From a virus (lineage: Duplodnaviria > Caudoviricetes), in the IMG/VR virus record IMGVR_UViG_3300030433_001502, positions 1 through 33,323 of that record: a DNA stretch of 33,323 nucleotides. The stretch is one strand, 5' to 3'. The notes below the pieces were generated by a model. It made no database searches. It was not told where the DNA came from and worked only from the letters and a program-made list of their open reading frames with translations. The position numbers and the translations under genes were made by a program. Shown here in pieces: positions 8,659 through 18,908 of the stretch (positions within the stretch are counted from its first letter, which is position 1; each line of letters begins with the position of its first letter).

Positions 8659-11600
8659 CTATGTTGTACTATATGTTATTTTTTCAATTCTTATTTTTGA
8701 TTTTGTAGTATTAAAATATGCAGAACCAGTTTGTGTTTCTGTGTCAAGCAGTTCTGTATTTATTTTTACTCTCTCACCAGCATTAACAATTAATCTTATA
8801 CCGCCACCAAGACCACCACTATCGTAAGGTGCATTATCATCTCTAATATATGCACCACCAATTCCATAAGAATATATTGGCTGGTTACTTCCATTCATAT
8901 GAGTTACATATGCTAAAAAGTTTAATCTATCATTAGATGCTGAATCTGTTACTGCTAGTGTACAATAAATCATATACTCTCCAGCAGTTACAAATTGGAA
9001 ATAATATCCACCTTGACCAGCAGACCAAGTAATATGACTTGTATTGTGAGTACTCATAGTACTCCAATATAAATTTTCAGTAGAGTCATTAGCATCTTGA
9101 TAACCATTTAATGCAGATGATTGTAATACTACTGTTTTGCTAGGCACTACACTTACATCTAAGCCTGTAACAGAAGATTGTGTAAGGTCTACATCTGAAC
9201 CATTAAAATTAACTGTGTCATAAAATTGTGTTTGTGCATTTAATTCTAAATCTCCATCAACAGTTACATCGTTAGTAAAACTAGCATTACCAGTTGCTTT
9301 AAATGTTCCATTAACATGAAGTTTAGCACTAGGGTCTACTACACCAATACCTAACTGCCCAGTGTGGTCTAATGTCATTTTTTCTGCATTACTAATGTAA
9401 AATTTCATATCAGATGATTTACTAAATCTTATATTTTCGTAACTATCTGTATCTATTGACCAAGTAGCACTTCCAACATGACCTATTCTTAAACCTCCTG
9501 CATTTGGATTTATTCTAAACTTTCTATCTCCGTTCCCCCCTTGTAGGTATAATAAGTCATTTGTATAATCACCTTGTGCGTTGTGTGCTTGTAATTTTGC
9601 AGTAGGATTTGTTGTACCAACCCCAAAATTATTTCCTTTAAAAACTGCTCTAACTGAGTTATTAATTCTAAAATTTATTACTTTATTATCAGCAGAATTA
9701 AGGTCAGTTGTACCATCATTTGCTTGTCTTAAAGCATAATTATCCCCATATGTTCTTTGGTCATAATGACTAATTGTAGCATAATCAGATGACAAACTAT
9801 GTAAAGCGACTCTTCCAAATATTGATGTTCTATCTGAATCTGGTCTACCAAGTATTGTATGATTAGACATAGTAGTAGAACCAGGATTATGGTCACCCAT
9901 AAGAATATTATAAGACCCAGTGGTTACGGATGAACCTGCATCTGAGCCGATACCAATATTATCTGTACCTGTTGTAAGTCCTGAAAAAGTACGATTTCCT
10001 AAAGCAACATTGGCACCGCCTTGAGTAAGAGATGATAATGTTCTATAGCCCACACCAACATTATTATCTCCTGTAGTAGTTAAATGACCTGACTCTGTTC
10101 CTACAAATACATTATAGTTTGCAGTTGTAGGATTTTTCATTGCCTCATAACCAATTACAACATTACCAACTTGAGCATTAGAGCTTGTACCAAGTATTGC
10201 ATTTTGACCTATTGCAATATTTTTTGTTCCTGTATTATTATAATATAAAGCATTATTACCAATTCCAATATTGCTAGAGCCTGTAGCTATGCTATACATA
10301 ACATAATTACCGATTGCAACATTATTTGAAGTTGAATTACCACTAGATGCTCTTAATGCTTCATAACCAACTGCAACATTTTCGCTACCTGTAGAATTAT
10401 GTCTAAGTGACTGATAACCAATAGCTGTATTCCTATCACCAGTAGTAGTGTTAAGCATTGATTCATGCCCAATAGATGAGTTCCCTTGAGACCCGCTTGC
10501 TAAAGCATTACCTGCAGAACTACCATATACTGTGTTTTGTGTACCTCCATCATTATTAGATAAACTCATGCGAGAATCAAGATTAACAACAAATAAAGAA
10601 GTGTTATCATACTTCATTATATTTAAAATTTTATCAGAAACATTAGAGTCAGCTCTAGTATGTTTTACTTCTAAACCATATGCATTACCACTTGGATTAT
10701 CATTATATCCAGCTATTCTTATTCCATTATTAGACTGTAATACTAACCTTCCATTGTGACTACCAGTTCTTACACTATTAATGAAGTTTATTCTAAAAGT
10801 ATTTTGTATTGTACCACCGCCATTAGGCAAACCAGTACTAAAATCTATTGCACAATCAGCACTAGATTTACCAATACCAATTCTTGTTTCTGAACCAGTA
10901 CTTCTTATAGAAAACAAATCAAGTGAGTTATCAGCATCTCTAACATTAAAAATCTGACTAGGGGAACTTGTTCCAATACCAACTTTTCCAGTTGAAGTTA
11001 TAGTCATTCTAGTAGTGTCATTAGTACCAAAATAAAGACTAGCATTTTCTCTATTCCATACATATCCATGTGCTCCATTTAGACCAATATCTAACCCATC
11101 ATTAGCACCACCACCAGATGTATTATTAGTTACATGAATAAAATTAGAACCAGTTGTAGCACTATGAACATGCAATGGTGAAACTGGAGATGTTAACCCT
11201 ATACCAAGTCTTCCTGTATTAGTAATCCTTGCTTTTTCAGCATTGTTTGTTTTAAATACTACATTACCAGCTTGAGCTTCACTATTAGCACCACCACCTG
11301 CTACTGCTAAATCAGCTTGCCAAGTACCTTTAATTTGTAAAACACCAGCTATGTTGTTACCAACATACCCACTCATAGTACCATCGCCTTCTATTTCCCA
11401 CTGCAATCCACTAGCATTATATATTCTAAATAATTTGTCATTATTAGTAGTAGTGTTTTTATAAATTTCAAAGCTTGAAACAGGTGGAGTAGAAGCAGAA
11501 CGACCTATACCTACTTTTCCATCGTTTGTAACATATATGGTGTCTGTTGTTGCAGAATCTCCGCTTGCATTTTGAGATATTCTAATATCTCCACTATTAG

Positions 11601-14274
11601 ATGCAATTTGCATTGCACCACCTTGTGTATCATCAAAAATAACTTTTGGAAATTGATTTTCTATTTCAATATCTTTATAAAATTTATTTCCAGTAGAATG
11701 AAATAGAGCATTGTTAGCACCTTGAACCTGAAAATATAAACTTTGAGTATGACCATAGTTTCCAATAGCACTAGCTAAAGCACCGCTATTATTATAAAAT
11801 TCTACACCACCAAAATTAGTACCTGATGAAACTTGAATCCTCGCAACTGGACTTGTACCACTCAAATGGAACTGAGTTGCTGGTGAATCTGTACCAATTC
11901 CTACATTACCACTATTATTAATAATCATTCTTGAAGTACCAGCAATAAACCACTTATGGAAATAAGCACCAGCACTAGTTCTATGCATTTGATAATCTGT
12001 AGAAACAAATCCATTACTACTTACAGAGTTCCAACTTAACGCCCTAGTGTTAACTTGCATTGTAAGTTTATGTGTTATGTCATTTTGGTCTGTTTCTTCC
12101 CATGTAATTGCTGGTGCAGTTCCTTTTGCTTTAAGATTTGTTGCATTTATATCTCCTAAGACATCAAGTTCTGCACTAGGAGAAGTAGTTCCAATTCCAA
12201 CTCCAGTTGATTTTAATACAAGAGCGTTATCTGTACCCCCTGCTTTAAAAAACATTCCAGCGTTTCCAGCGTCAAATTTTATATGTTGATAGTCACCGCT
12301 ATTATAATTATTATGTGTTATATAACCAGCTTCGTCATTGTCAGTAACTATTGTCATGCCTGAGTTTGCACCACCATCAATTATTAACTCATTACCATTG
12401 GCACTCATACTAGCCCAAGTTTGACCATTATTATGAGTATTGCCTAACCATAGTTTTGAGTCAATATTTGCATCTCCAGCAACATCAAGTTTTGCACTAG
12501 GAGAAACTGTTCCAATTCCAACATTACCTGTATCGCCATCCATATGAAACTTTGTTCCAGCACCACTAGTAAGAACAAGGTCACCAGTTTGTCCATTTGT
12601 TCCATTAGAACCAGCAACTATGCGAACATTTCCTTTATTATCAGTAGATGCCCTTTGTCCTAAAATTATATATGAACCATTTCCCGCATTTACATTTCTT
12701 GGTGCAAAATAAAGATTACCATCACCCCCAGCTATACCACCATTTCCATGACCGAAAACTCCAAATCTTGTTGTAGAAGTTCCAACTTCAGGTCCTAGTA
12801 TAAGACCACTTGTTCCTTCGGCTCTAATAATACCACTAGATGTTATATCTCCACTTACATCTAGTTCAACACTAGGAGAAGTTGTTCCTATGCCAATCTT
12901 GCCATTTACACCATTAATAAATAATTTGTTTTGATGACTTGCAGTTCCTATACCTATGCTATTTGTACCATGTTTAGGATATATACTAATGTCTCCACCA
13001 CTAGTAGTACCAAGTCTATAGTTTCTTACTTGTATATCAAATGTACCAGCACCACTTGAATGTGCAATGTCTGTAGGTAAGTAAACTGCACCACCATATT
13101 CACTTACATAAAACCCTTGAGAACCCCAACTTCCAAGAACATCAAGTCTACCTCTAGGCGAAGTTGTCCCAATACCAATCTTACCTGTTTGAGAAATTAA
13201 AGTAGGGACAGAAGAACTACCACTATCCCAAATACCAACATAGGTACTACCAGCGTGTTCATATCCTATCATTCCACGATATGTAGAATTTCCTTCAGTA
13301 AATAAAATTCTCATATCATCGCTATTAACTAAATTAATATGAGAAGATGCTTTCATAGTTGCAACAGAAGTATTATCAAAAGCAACAGAAGGTCCACTTA
13401 TTTGGACACTACCATCAGTAGTAATTCGCATTCTTTCTGTATCTGTACCACTAGCTTTGGTGTTAAACTTTAACCCCATAGTGTTATTGTCAGTATTTAA
13501 ACATTGTATAGATTTATATGTAGATGAAGAACCACTAGTAAGAAAACCTAATGCACCAGTTACATGACCAGCTAATAAATTAAAATCAGACATAGTAGAT
13601 GCGATATAGTGATTGCTATTTATATCATGTTTAAATAGTATTTGTTTTGAACTATCACTATTTCTATGAACAAATCCATCTCTTGATACAAGATAATGAT
13701 TTAAAGAAGTTGACCAATAAGCATCATAACTTTTTGTATATATTTCGCTAGTTGCTAGACCAGTAAGTCTTAGTTTATGACTTGTTTGATTAGCATCAAG
13801 ATTTAATAAAATATTTCCATCAGCCTCAATAGCTTCTGAAGGATTTGTTACGCCACCAACACCAAGCTTTTGATTTTTAATTACTAAGGCTAAATCTTCA
13901 GTATAGTTATTATAGAAACTCCACTTACCATTGTCATCATTCTTAACTAATAGTTTACCACCAACACCAGCAAGTGTACCTTTAATTTGAAATCTTACAT
14001 TTTGATGATGAGAACCTTCTTGCTCATAAATAATCTGACCTAACGATTTATTAGCTTGAATATGGTTTGAATGAAAATCAAGTCTACCACCAGCAGTAAT
14101 AGAGCTATCACCACTTCTAGCATCTTCAAGTCTTATAACAGCATGACCATTATTTCCATTTTCTATATGTAAAGGAGCGCTAGGAGCAGACGTTAAGCCT
14201 ATACCAAGTCTTTGGCCTATTCTTACCTGTCCGCTACTAGCCTCCTCAACGACTATTTTCTTCCAAGAAGCCAT
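8659..14274 (-). CDS. Long tail fibre / receptor-binding protein
   Basis: 1871 aa with more than 10 copies of the G(K/N)(V/I)GIGTTSP fibre motif, a block of ~14-aa N(T/V)AIG-type beta repeats, and a C-terminal C1q/TNF-like beta sandwich (AGEYMIYCTL, LIVNAGERV). Confidence 0.85.
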   Translation of the reverse strand: MASWKKIVVEEASSGQVRIGQRLGIGLTSAPSAPLHIENGNNGHAVIRLEDARSGDSSITAGGRLDFHSNHIQANKSLGQIIYEQEGSHHQNVRFQIKGTLAGVGGKLLVKNDDNGKWSFYNNYTEDLALVIKNQKLGVGGVTNPSEAIEADGNILLNLDANQTSHKLRLTGLATSEIYTKSYDAYWSTSLNHYLVSRDGFVHRNSDSSKQILFKHDINSNHYIASTMSDFNLLAGHVTGALGFLTSGSSSTYKSIQCLNTDNNTMGLKFNTKASGTDTERMRITTDGSVQISGPSVAFDNTSVATMKASSHINLVNSDDMRILFTEGNSTYRGMIGYEHAGSTYVGIWDSGSSSVPTLISQTGKIGIGTTSPRGRLDVLGSWGSQGFYVSEYGGAVYLPTDIAHSSGAGTFDIQVRNYRLGTTSGGDISIYPKHGTNSIGIGTASHQNKLFINGVNGKIGIGTTSPSVELDVSGDITSSGIIRAEGTSGLILGPEVGTSTTRFGVFGHGNGGIAGGDGNLYFAPRNVNAGNGSYIILGQRASTDNKGNVRIVAGSNGTNGQTGDLVLTSGAGTKFHMDGDTGNVGIGTVSPSAKLDVAGDANIDSKLWLGNTHNNGQTWASMSANGNELIIDGGANSGMTIVTDNDEAGYITHNNYNSGDYQHIKFDAGNAGMFFKAGGTDNALVLKSTGVGIGTTSPSAELDVLGDINATNLKAKGTAPAITWEETDQNDITHKLTMQVNTRALSWNSVSSNGFVSTDYQMHRTSAGAYFHKWFIAGTSRMIINNSGNVGIGTDSPATQFHLSGTSPVARIQVSSGTNFGGVEFYNNSGALASAIGNYGHTQSLYFQVQGANNALFHSTGNKFYKDIEIENQFPKVIFDDTQGGAMQIASNSGDIRISQNASGDSATTDTIYVTNDGKVGIGRSASTPPVSSFEIYKNTTTNNDKLFRIYNASGLQWEIEGDGTMSGYVGNNIAGVLQIKGTWQADLAVAGGGANSEAQAGNVVFKTNNAEKARITNTGRLGIGLTSPVSPLHVHSATTGSNFIHVTNNTSGGGANDGLDIGLNGAHGYVWNRENASLYFGTNDTTRMTITSTGKVGIGTSSPSQIFNVRDADNSLDLFSIRSTGSETRIGIGKSSADCAIDFSTGLPNGGGTIQNTFRINFINSVRTGSHNGRLVLQSNNGIRIAGYNDNPSGNAYGLEVKHTRADSNVSDKILNIMKYDNTSLFVVNLDSRMSLSNNDGGTQNTVYGSSAGNALASGSQGNSSIGHESMLNTTTGDRNTAIGYQSLRHNSTGSENVAVGYEALRASSGNSTSNNVAIGNYVMYSIATGSSNIGIGNNALYYNNTGTKNIAIGQNAILGTSSNAQVGNVVIGYEAMKNPTTANYNVFVGTESGHLTTTGDNNVGVGYRTLSSLTQGGANVALGNRTFSGLTTGTDNIGIGSDAGSSVTTGSYNILMGDHNPGSTTMSNHTILGRPDSDRTSIFGRVALHSLSSDYATISHYDQRTYGDNYALRQANDGTTDLNSADNKVINFRINNSVRAVFKGNNFGVGTTNPTAKLQAHNAQGDYTNDLLYLQGGNGDRKFRINPNAGGLRIGHVGSATWSIDTDSYENIRFSKSSDMKFYISNAEKMTLDHTGQLGIGVVDPSAKLHVNGTFKATGNASFTNDVTVDGDLELNAQTQFYDTVNFNGSDVDLTQSSVTGLDVSVVPSKTVVLQSSALNGYQDANDSTENLYWSTMSTHNTSHITWSAGQGGYYFQFVTAGEYMIYCTLAVTDSASNDRLNFLAYVTHMNGSNQPIYSYGIGGAYIRDDNAPYDSGGLGGGIRLIVNAGERVKINTELLDTETQTGSAYFNTTKSKIRIEKITYSTT

Positions 14275-14277
14275 TAA

Positions 14278-14433
14278 TTACTTTTCAAGCTTTTTAACTT
14301 CTTTAGTAAAAATATCGTCCATTTTTTTAATTACAGTGCCTACATAAGCGCCATCTTCACCTTTAATGGTGACAGATTTTAAAGCACTAACAATAAATTG
14401 TAGTTCTTGCACATCTAATTCAACTTTCGCCAT
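14278..14433 (-). CDS. 51-aa helical protein, fibre-associated
   Basis: Translated by hand: MAKVELDVQELQFIVSALKSVTIKGEDGAYVGTVIKKMDDIFTKEVKKLEK. AGGAG SD; resembles the adjacent 64-aa protein. Confidence 0.7.
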   Translation of the reverse strand: MAKVELDVQELQFIVSALKSVTIKGEDGAYVGTVIKKMDDIFTKEVKKLEK

Positions 14434-14614
14434 CTATATTTCTCCTATGTATTTTAGATAGTTTGTTAATTACCTTATAAGCAATTTCAACTTCCGTTCC
14501 TGAAAACTGAGATTGCATTATAAGTTTTAATAAAAAGTCTGTATCTTTTACATTTAAAGATTCAACTTTTTCTTCTTGTTTTATTATGTGCGTTGTCTTT
14601 GCGTATCTAGACAT
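14420..14614 (-). CDS. 64-aa helical protein, fibre-associated
   Basis: LNVKDTDFLLKLI..SQFSGTEVEIAYKVINKL parallels LDVQELQFIVSAL..VTIKGEDGAYVGTVIKKM of its neighbour. Confidence 0.6.
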   Translation of the reverse strand: MSRYAKTTHIIKQEEKVESLNVKDTDFLLKLIMQSQFSGTEVEIAYKVINKLSKIHRRNIDGES

Positions 14615-15573
14615 TAAATATAAATATAAAAATTACCGTTATCTTTATCTGCAAAAAGCATACCATCGCCTCCATTTGGAGTGCCTGAAGGTGCATCAGT
14701 TCCAAATTGCATTACTGCTACTGGAATATCTTCAGTAATAGTAGATTTATAATCAGATAAAGTCCAACCAGTAAGCTCTCCAGCATTATCCCATTTAAGT
14801 TCAGGCCATTCTGCTTCTGTGCTACTAGCTTCAATTTGTATACCAGCTCCGTCTGCAGTAGTAGTTGTAGGCGTAGTAACGTTTGCTAATTTTACTAATT
14901 TATCTTCAACTTGTAAAGTACCAGTGTTTATAGTTACTGTATCTCCCTGAACAGTTAAATCACCAGCAATATATACATCGTCTTGTAAACGTATTGATGC
15001 TCCTGTACCAACACCACCTGCAACTAAATCAAGAGCAACTCCTGAAGCTGATTGAATTACTCCATTATTAAATGTTAAGTCATCAACAGTTAATTGAGCA
15101 AAGGTAGGAGTAGCAGTTGTTGCTACGTCTTGACCTATACTAAATTGAGTTCCACTAAGTGTTATGCCAGTACCTGCAGTATAGGTAGTATTAGTAAAAG
15201 ATGATGATATTGTTCCATCATTAGCAATAGTAACATTACTACCTGCAGTTAGTACCCCAGCTACCGCACTTGCAGTTACCTGATTAGCTACAACAAAATC
15301 CATGTCGTTGTTAGTATCATCATACGTAATAGTGATACCAGTTTTAGTACCACCTGAAGCTACTAAAGGCCCTGCTATATCTTGAACTTGCTCAGAAGAT
15401 AGCCCGCCTGAAGTCGCTGCCGAATCAATTTGAGCCTGTATACCTGATGTTACTCCGTTAAGATACCCAAACTCTGTATCGCTGACATTTGAGTCAATGT
15501 CTGTTGCACTAACATTACTATTTTTATAAGCACTATCATCACTGGTAGTGATTATTCGTTTCCAACTTGCCAT
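14614..15573 (-). CDS. Tail fibre protein (proximal/connector)
   Basis: Fibre motifs EFGYLNGVTSGIQAQID, YTAGTGITLSGT and GDLTVQGDTVTIN..VEDK; AGGAGG SD. Confidence 0.75.
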   Translation of the reverse strand: MASWKRIITTSDDSAYKNSNVSATDIDSNVSDTEFGYLNGVTSGIQAQIDSAATSGGLSSEQVQDIAGPLVASGGTKTGITITYDDTNNDMDFVVANQVTASAVAGVLTAGSNVTIANDGTISSSFTNTTYTAGTGITLSGTQFSIGQDVATTATPTFAQLTVDDLTFNNGVIQSASGVALDLVAGGVGTGASIRLQDDVYIAGDLTVQGDTVTINTGTLQVEDKLVKLANVTTPTTTTADGAGIQIEASSTEAEWPELKWDNAGELTGWTLSDYKSTITEDIPVAVMQFGTDAPSGTPNGGDGMLFADKDNGNFYIYI

Positions 15574-15595
15574 ATAATTACCCTCCTGTTTTTTA

Positions 15596-15874
15596 TTATT
15601 TGGCTATATATAAATCACCATCTATGTAAGCCAAATCTCCTACAGTAGGATTACTTGGTTGTGATGATTTTTCTTGTAAATTTAGTGTTCCTGAAACAAC
15701 AGATGTGCCAGTCATTTCTAGGCTATTAGAACCCATCCACAAAGGACTTCCAGTTCCATCGCCATCAAATATTCTTTTTCTGCTACTCGTAATACCTTCT
15801 CCTGCAGTACCACCATATAAATGTAGTAAATCAGGGTAAGTAGAAGCAATTGTTTTATTTCCAATATTAGCCAT
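15596..15874 (-). CDS. Short tail fibre / fibre anchor protein
   Basis: 92 aa with N-terminal TIASTYPDLL..DGDGTGSPL and a C-terminal PSNPTVGDLAYIDGDLYI knob-like motif seen in fibre proteins. Confidence 0.55.
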   Translation of the reverse strand: MANIGNKTIASTYPDLLHLYGGTAGEGITSSRKRIFDGDGTGSPLWMGSNSLEMTGTSVVSGTLNLQEKSSQPSNPTVGDLAYIDGDLYIAK

Positions 15875-16124
15875 TTAAAGCTCCTAAAGTTGATTGTGTA
15901 TTTGGAAAATTCTGTAAAGAACTTTGAGTCATTACAGAATCAATTAAATTTGATTGGACACTTGTATTTAGTGTAAGTAAGCTAGATACAACTGTTGGTG
16001 TTAAATCATTCCATATTGTTTCAAATGCTGACCAGTTTGTATTAACAGAGCCCCAAACATGCCCAAAAGTTACATCTACAGGTATATTATTAGCTTGTGT
16101 ATTTTCAATAGGGTTTAAACTCAT
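15867..16124 (-). CDS. Hypothetical virion-module protein
   Basis: 85 aa with periodic Trp (WGSVNTNWSAFETIW); in the operon. Confidence 0.55.
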   Translation of the reverse strand: MSLNPIENTQANNIPVDVTFGHVWGSVNTNWSAFETIWNDLTPTVVSSLLTLNTSVQSNLIDSVMTQSSLQNFPNTQSTLGALNG

Positions 16125-16508
16125 TTAAAATTCCCTTTGCATAATTTGTATACTGCTTTCTTCTGCTTTATGCGAATTTGCCTCTTTTTTCCCTTCCGCA
16201 CAAGCCATTTCAAATTTACCTAAAAAATATTGAGCTTGCTTTATGTCTCCTTGTTTTTCATAGCCATGAGCTATAGCTTTATATGTTATTGCCTCATGAA
16301 ACTCTACTGGTATTACAGGAGATTGACTAACTCCTATTTCTATTCTAACGCCACTACTATTTGTAGCTCCTGTGTTAGTACTTACAAAAGGAGCATCATG
16401 CCTTGAGCAATGTAATGTTAAAGTACCTGCTGTTGGCCCAGTTAGATTTCCATTTTCTTCATCTACTACACCTAATGCATCTTTATCTATCCAATAAACT
16501 TTTGCCAT
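16125..16508 (-). CDS. Head-tail adaptor-like protein (C-terminal half)
   Basis: PVIPVEFHEAITYKAIAHGY..AQYFLGKFE resembles the C-terminal helices of podovirus adaptor (tubular protein A-like) proteins. Confidence 0.55.
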   Translation of the reverse strand: MAKVYWIDKDALGVVDEENGNLTGPTAGTLTLHCSRHDAPFVSTNTGATNSSGVRIEIGVSQSPVIPVEFHEAITYKAIAHGYEKQGDIKQAQYFLGKFEMACAEGKKEANSHKAEESSIQIMQREF

Positions 16509-16819
16509 TATGTTCCATCCTTTTCTGGAGTACTTTGCAATCTTTTTATCCTATTGTTATTAAAATATACAATATTTATAGATACAATTTCATCATCTAC
16601 TTGATACCATCTTTGATTTTCTACAATTGTTTTTGTGAAAACTCCTCTTAAAATTTTTGTTTTTTTAGTAAATTCTCTTAGAGCTTGGTTTAAATATACT
16701 CTTATTTCATTTTCTAACATTGTTGGATGATGAGTTCTTACTAATTCTATCATTTGTTCTTGAGTTAATCCGTATCCATAACTAGGAGAGTTAGTTGTTG
16801 TAGCATTAACTTGTGCCAT
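16508..16819 (-). CDS. Head-tail adaptor-like protein (N-terminal half)
   Basis: LTQEQMIELVR..ENEIRVYLNQALREFTKKT followed by NQRWYQV resembles adaptor N-termini. Confidence 0.55.
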   Translation of the reverse strand: MAQVNATTTNSPSYGYGLTQEQMIELVRTHHPTMLENEIRVYLNQALREFTKKTKILRGVFTKTIVENQRWYQVDDEIVSINIVYFNNNRIKRLQSTPEKDGT

Positions 16820-17493
16820 TATTCTGCTCCTTCATTTTGTATTTGCATACCACCACCATTTAATTGATTTAACTCTATTAAGTACATATTGTTTAATAGT
16901 TGCATTTCATTTTGAACAACTTGAGATAATTCTACATCTTCATCATCATGTAATAATTTATTTAATTTATGCTGTAATAATCTAACTGCTGAACCTAAAA
17001 CGACAGCATACTCAGCCTCATCTGGGAAATTAGTAATAGATGTAGCTGTATTAGATATTGAACTTGGTATTGCTAAATGGTAAACAATTCCATTTTCTTG
17101 AGCAGAAGGGTTTGGTTTTATAAATAACTTTGCTCCACCCTCTACTGAACTTTGACCCTCTATAAAATAAACAGGGCTAGAATCTGTTGGTGAATATATA
17201 CTACTTGTTCCGCTTACTTTTGATTTCATTTCTAATGGAACTTCTACGCAACCTACATTATTTCTTAAAACTTTTACTAAAATTTTATTTTTAAAAGTAA
17301 GCCCATCACCATTGGTTATAGTTGCAGTTATAGCATTTTTAGCTAAGTAAGAATCGTCTAATACATCTAAAACATTTCTAGCAGATTGCAATAAGAAATT
17401 ATTTAACATATTTGTATACTCAGCTTCTTCTGCAGTAGTTGCAAATGAGCTTTTACCAGCTAAGTTTTCTATTTGTGTTCTAAAATTTGACAT
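16819..17493 (-). CDS. Head-tail adaptor / tail tubular protein A-like
   Basis: 224 aa directly after the capsid gene. Helix-beta-helix layout with LFIKPNP and FPDEAEYAVVLGSA motifs. Confidence 0.6.
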   Translation of the reverse strand: MSNFRTQIENLAGKSSFATTAEEAEYTNMLNNFLLQSARNVLDVLDDSYLAKNAITATITNGDGLTFKNKILVKVLRNNVGCVEVPLEMKSKVSGTSSIYSPTDSSPVYFIEGQSSVEGGAKLFIKPNPSAQENGIVYHLAIPSSISNTATSITNFPDEAEYAVVLGSAVRLLQHKLNKLLHDDEDVELSQVVQNEMQLLNNMYLIELNQLNGGGMQIQNEGAE

Positions 17494-17504
17494 TATACCT
17501 CACA

Positions 17505-17529
17505 GATAGGGGGCATAAAGCCCCCCATC
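17505..17529 (-). terminator. GC-rich hairpin after the major capsid gene (partial terminator or mRNA stabiliser)
   Basis: GATAGGGGGC-ATAAA-GCCCCCCATC inverted repeat 15 nt past the capsid stop. No clear U-tract on the minus strand. Confidence 0.6.
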
Positions 17530-17543
17530 ATTCATTTGCTTTG

Positions 17544-18896
17544 TTACGGAGTAACCATTAACGCATGACTCTCAAGAAGAGAAATACCAATGCCTTCATC
17601 AGACATATACTGGTCTTTCACACCATCATAATCGTTAGCTTGTATAGAAGCTTGGAATTGAGGTGCTCTGTACTGAGCATGGAATAGGTTATCATCATCT
17701 ACAATAAGCATATGCTTACTATAGTTATACCTAAAAGCAGGAGTTGGAATTAACTGAAGCATTCCATGAGGTGTTTCTAACATTCTGTAATTGAATCCTA
17801 ATGCATCTCTTTTCATGTCTCCAAGATTTACTGTCCAACTTGAACCTTTAGCCCAACCTGAATCATTACTTCCACCGCCTTGCTTAGAAAAGTATCCTAA
17901 AGCTCCAGGCCCAACAAAAGCTCTTTTAATGCCTGCTGTTGGTACATACTGGAATACTTTTTCCATTGCGTCAACAAATTCTGGATATGTATCAATATCA
18001 GCAGAAGCAAATACGTTTTGAGCATCTGAAGAAGAGCTACTATCACCGTATTTTTTCAAAGCTGAAACAATACCCATTGTTGAGCGAACAGCTTTACCGT
18101 TTTTATCAGATAAAGCTTCAATTTCAGAAAAGCCACCGCTTATTCCTTTTGGATTAGCTCCAAATAGGAAAGCTCTTTCTTTCTGAATCTTATGCTCTTG
18201 TGATTTCATTGTGCGAAGTCTAGCTAACTCTTTAGACTCACCACGAAGAGAAGCTTCGAGAAGAGTACCTGTAATTTCCAAAGGTGTTTTGAAAATCTGA
18301 CAAGAGTTATAGACAACGCTCAAGTCATCAGACCATGCTTGTGGAGAACCTGTTCCTTCACCGTGTGCGTTACCAATTACAGTTAAAACAACTCCATTAG
18401 CAAAATCAATACCGCCTGAATCATAAGAATTAAGAACTTTAACCTTAATTTTTTTATCGCCTGATTCATTTGGTGTTCCATCGCCATCAGCGTTATTAGT
18501 CCATTCAACAATAAGACCTTGCCCTAAGATTGCTCCTGCTGAAGTTGCAATATCAACTTCTAAGCCTTCCCAGTGAGGGCCTTCGCCTCCTACATTAGAA
18601 GATGCTGAGTATGATAAAAAGTTAGACGAAGAACCAACTGCAACATCATCATGACCTTCAGATATAGTTATTGTTTGGTTTACCCAAGGATTTCTGTGTT
18701 CAAACATTTTGAAAGTAGGGTCGCTCATACCACTGATTGTATTCTGATTAGCAATCACAGTAGTAAAAGGCGTTACATCAGTCCAAAGTTCCTTGACAAC
18801 GTTTGGCTTGATATAGAAATCCCTTCGGTCTGTGTAAAGTACACCACTTCCACCAAGATTCTTGGCGCCAGTGTTGCTACTAGCTACATTAGCCAT
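17544..18896 (-). CDS. Major capsid protein (HK97 fold, SU10/DUF5309-like)
   Basis: 450 aa following portal and scaffold. Motifs IGNAHGEG, YNSCQIFKTPLEITGT, EHKIQKERAFLFG and ETPHG. Confidence 0.8.
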   Translation of the reverse strand: MANVASSNTGAKNLGGSGVLYTDRRDFYIKPNVVKELWTDVTPFTTVIANQNTISGMSDPTFKMFEHRNPWVNQTITISEGHDDVAVGSSSNFLSYSASSNVGGEGPHWEGLEVDIATSAGAILGQGLIVEWTNNADGDGTPNESGDKKIKVKVLNSYDSGGIDFANGVVLTVIGNAHGEGTGSPQAWSDDLSVVYNSCQIFKTPLEITGTLLEASLRGESKELARLRTMKSQEHKIQKERAFLFGANPKGISGGFSEIEALSDKNGKAVRSTMGIVSALKKYGDSSSSSDAQNVFASADIDTYPEFVDAMEKVFQYVPTAGIKRAFVGPGALGYFSKQGGGSNDSGWAKGSSWTVNLGDMKRDALGFNYRMLETPHGMLQLIPTPAFRYNYSKHMLIVDDDNLFHAQYRAPQFQASIQANDYDGVKDQYMSDEGIGISLLESHALMVTP

Positions 18897-18908
18897 AGTT
18901 TATTTCCT

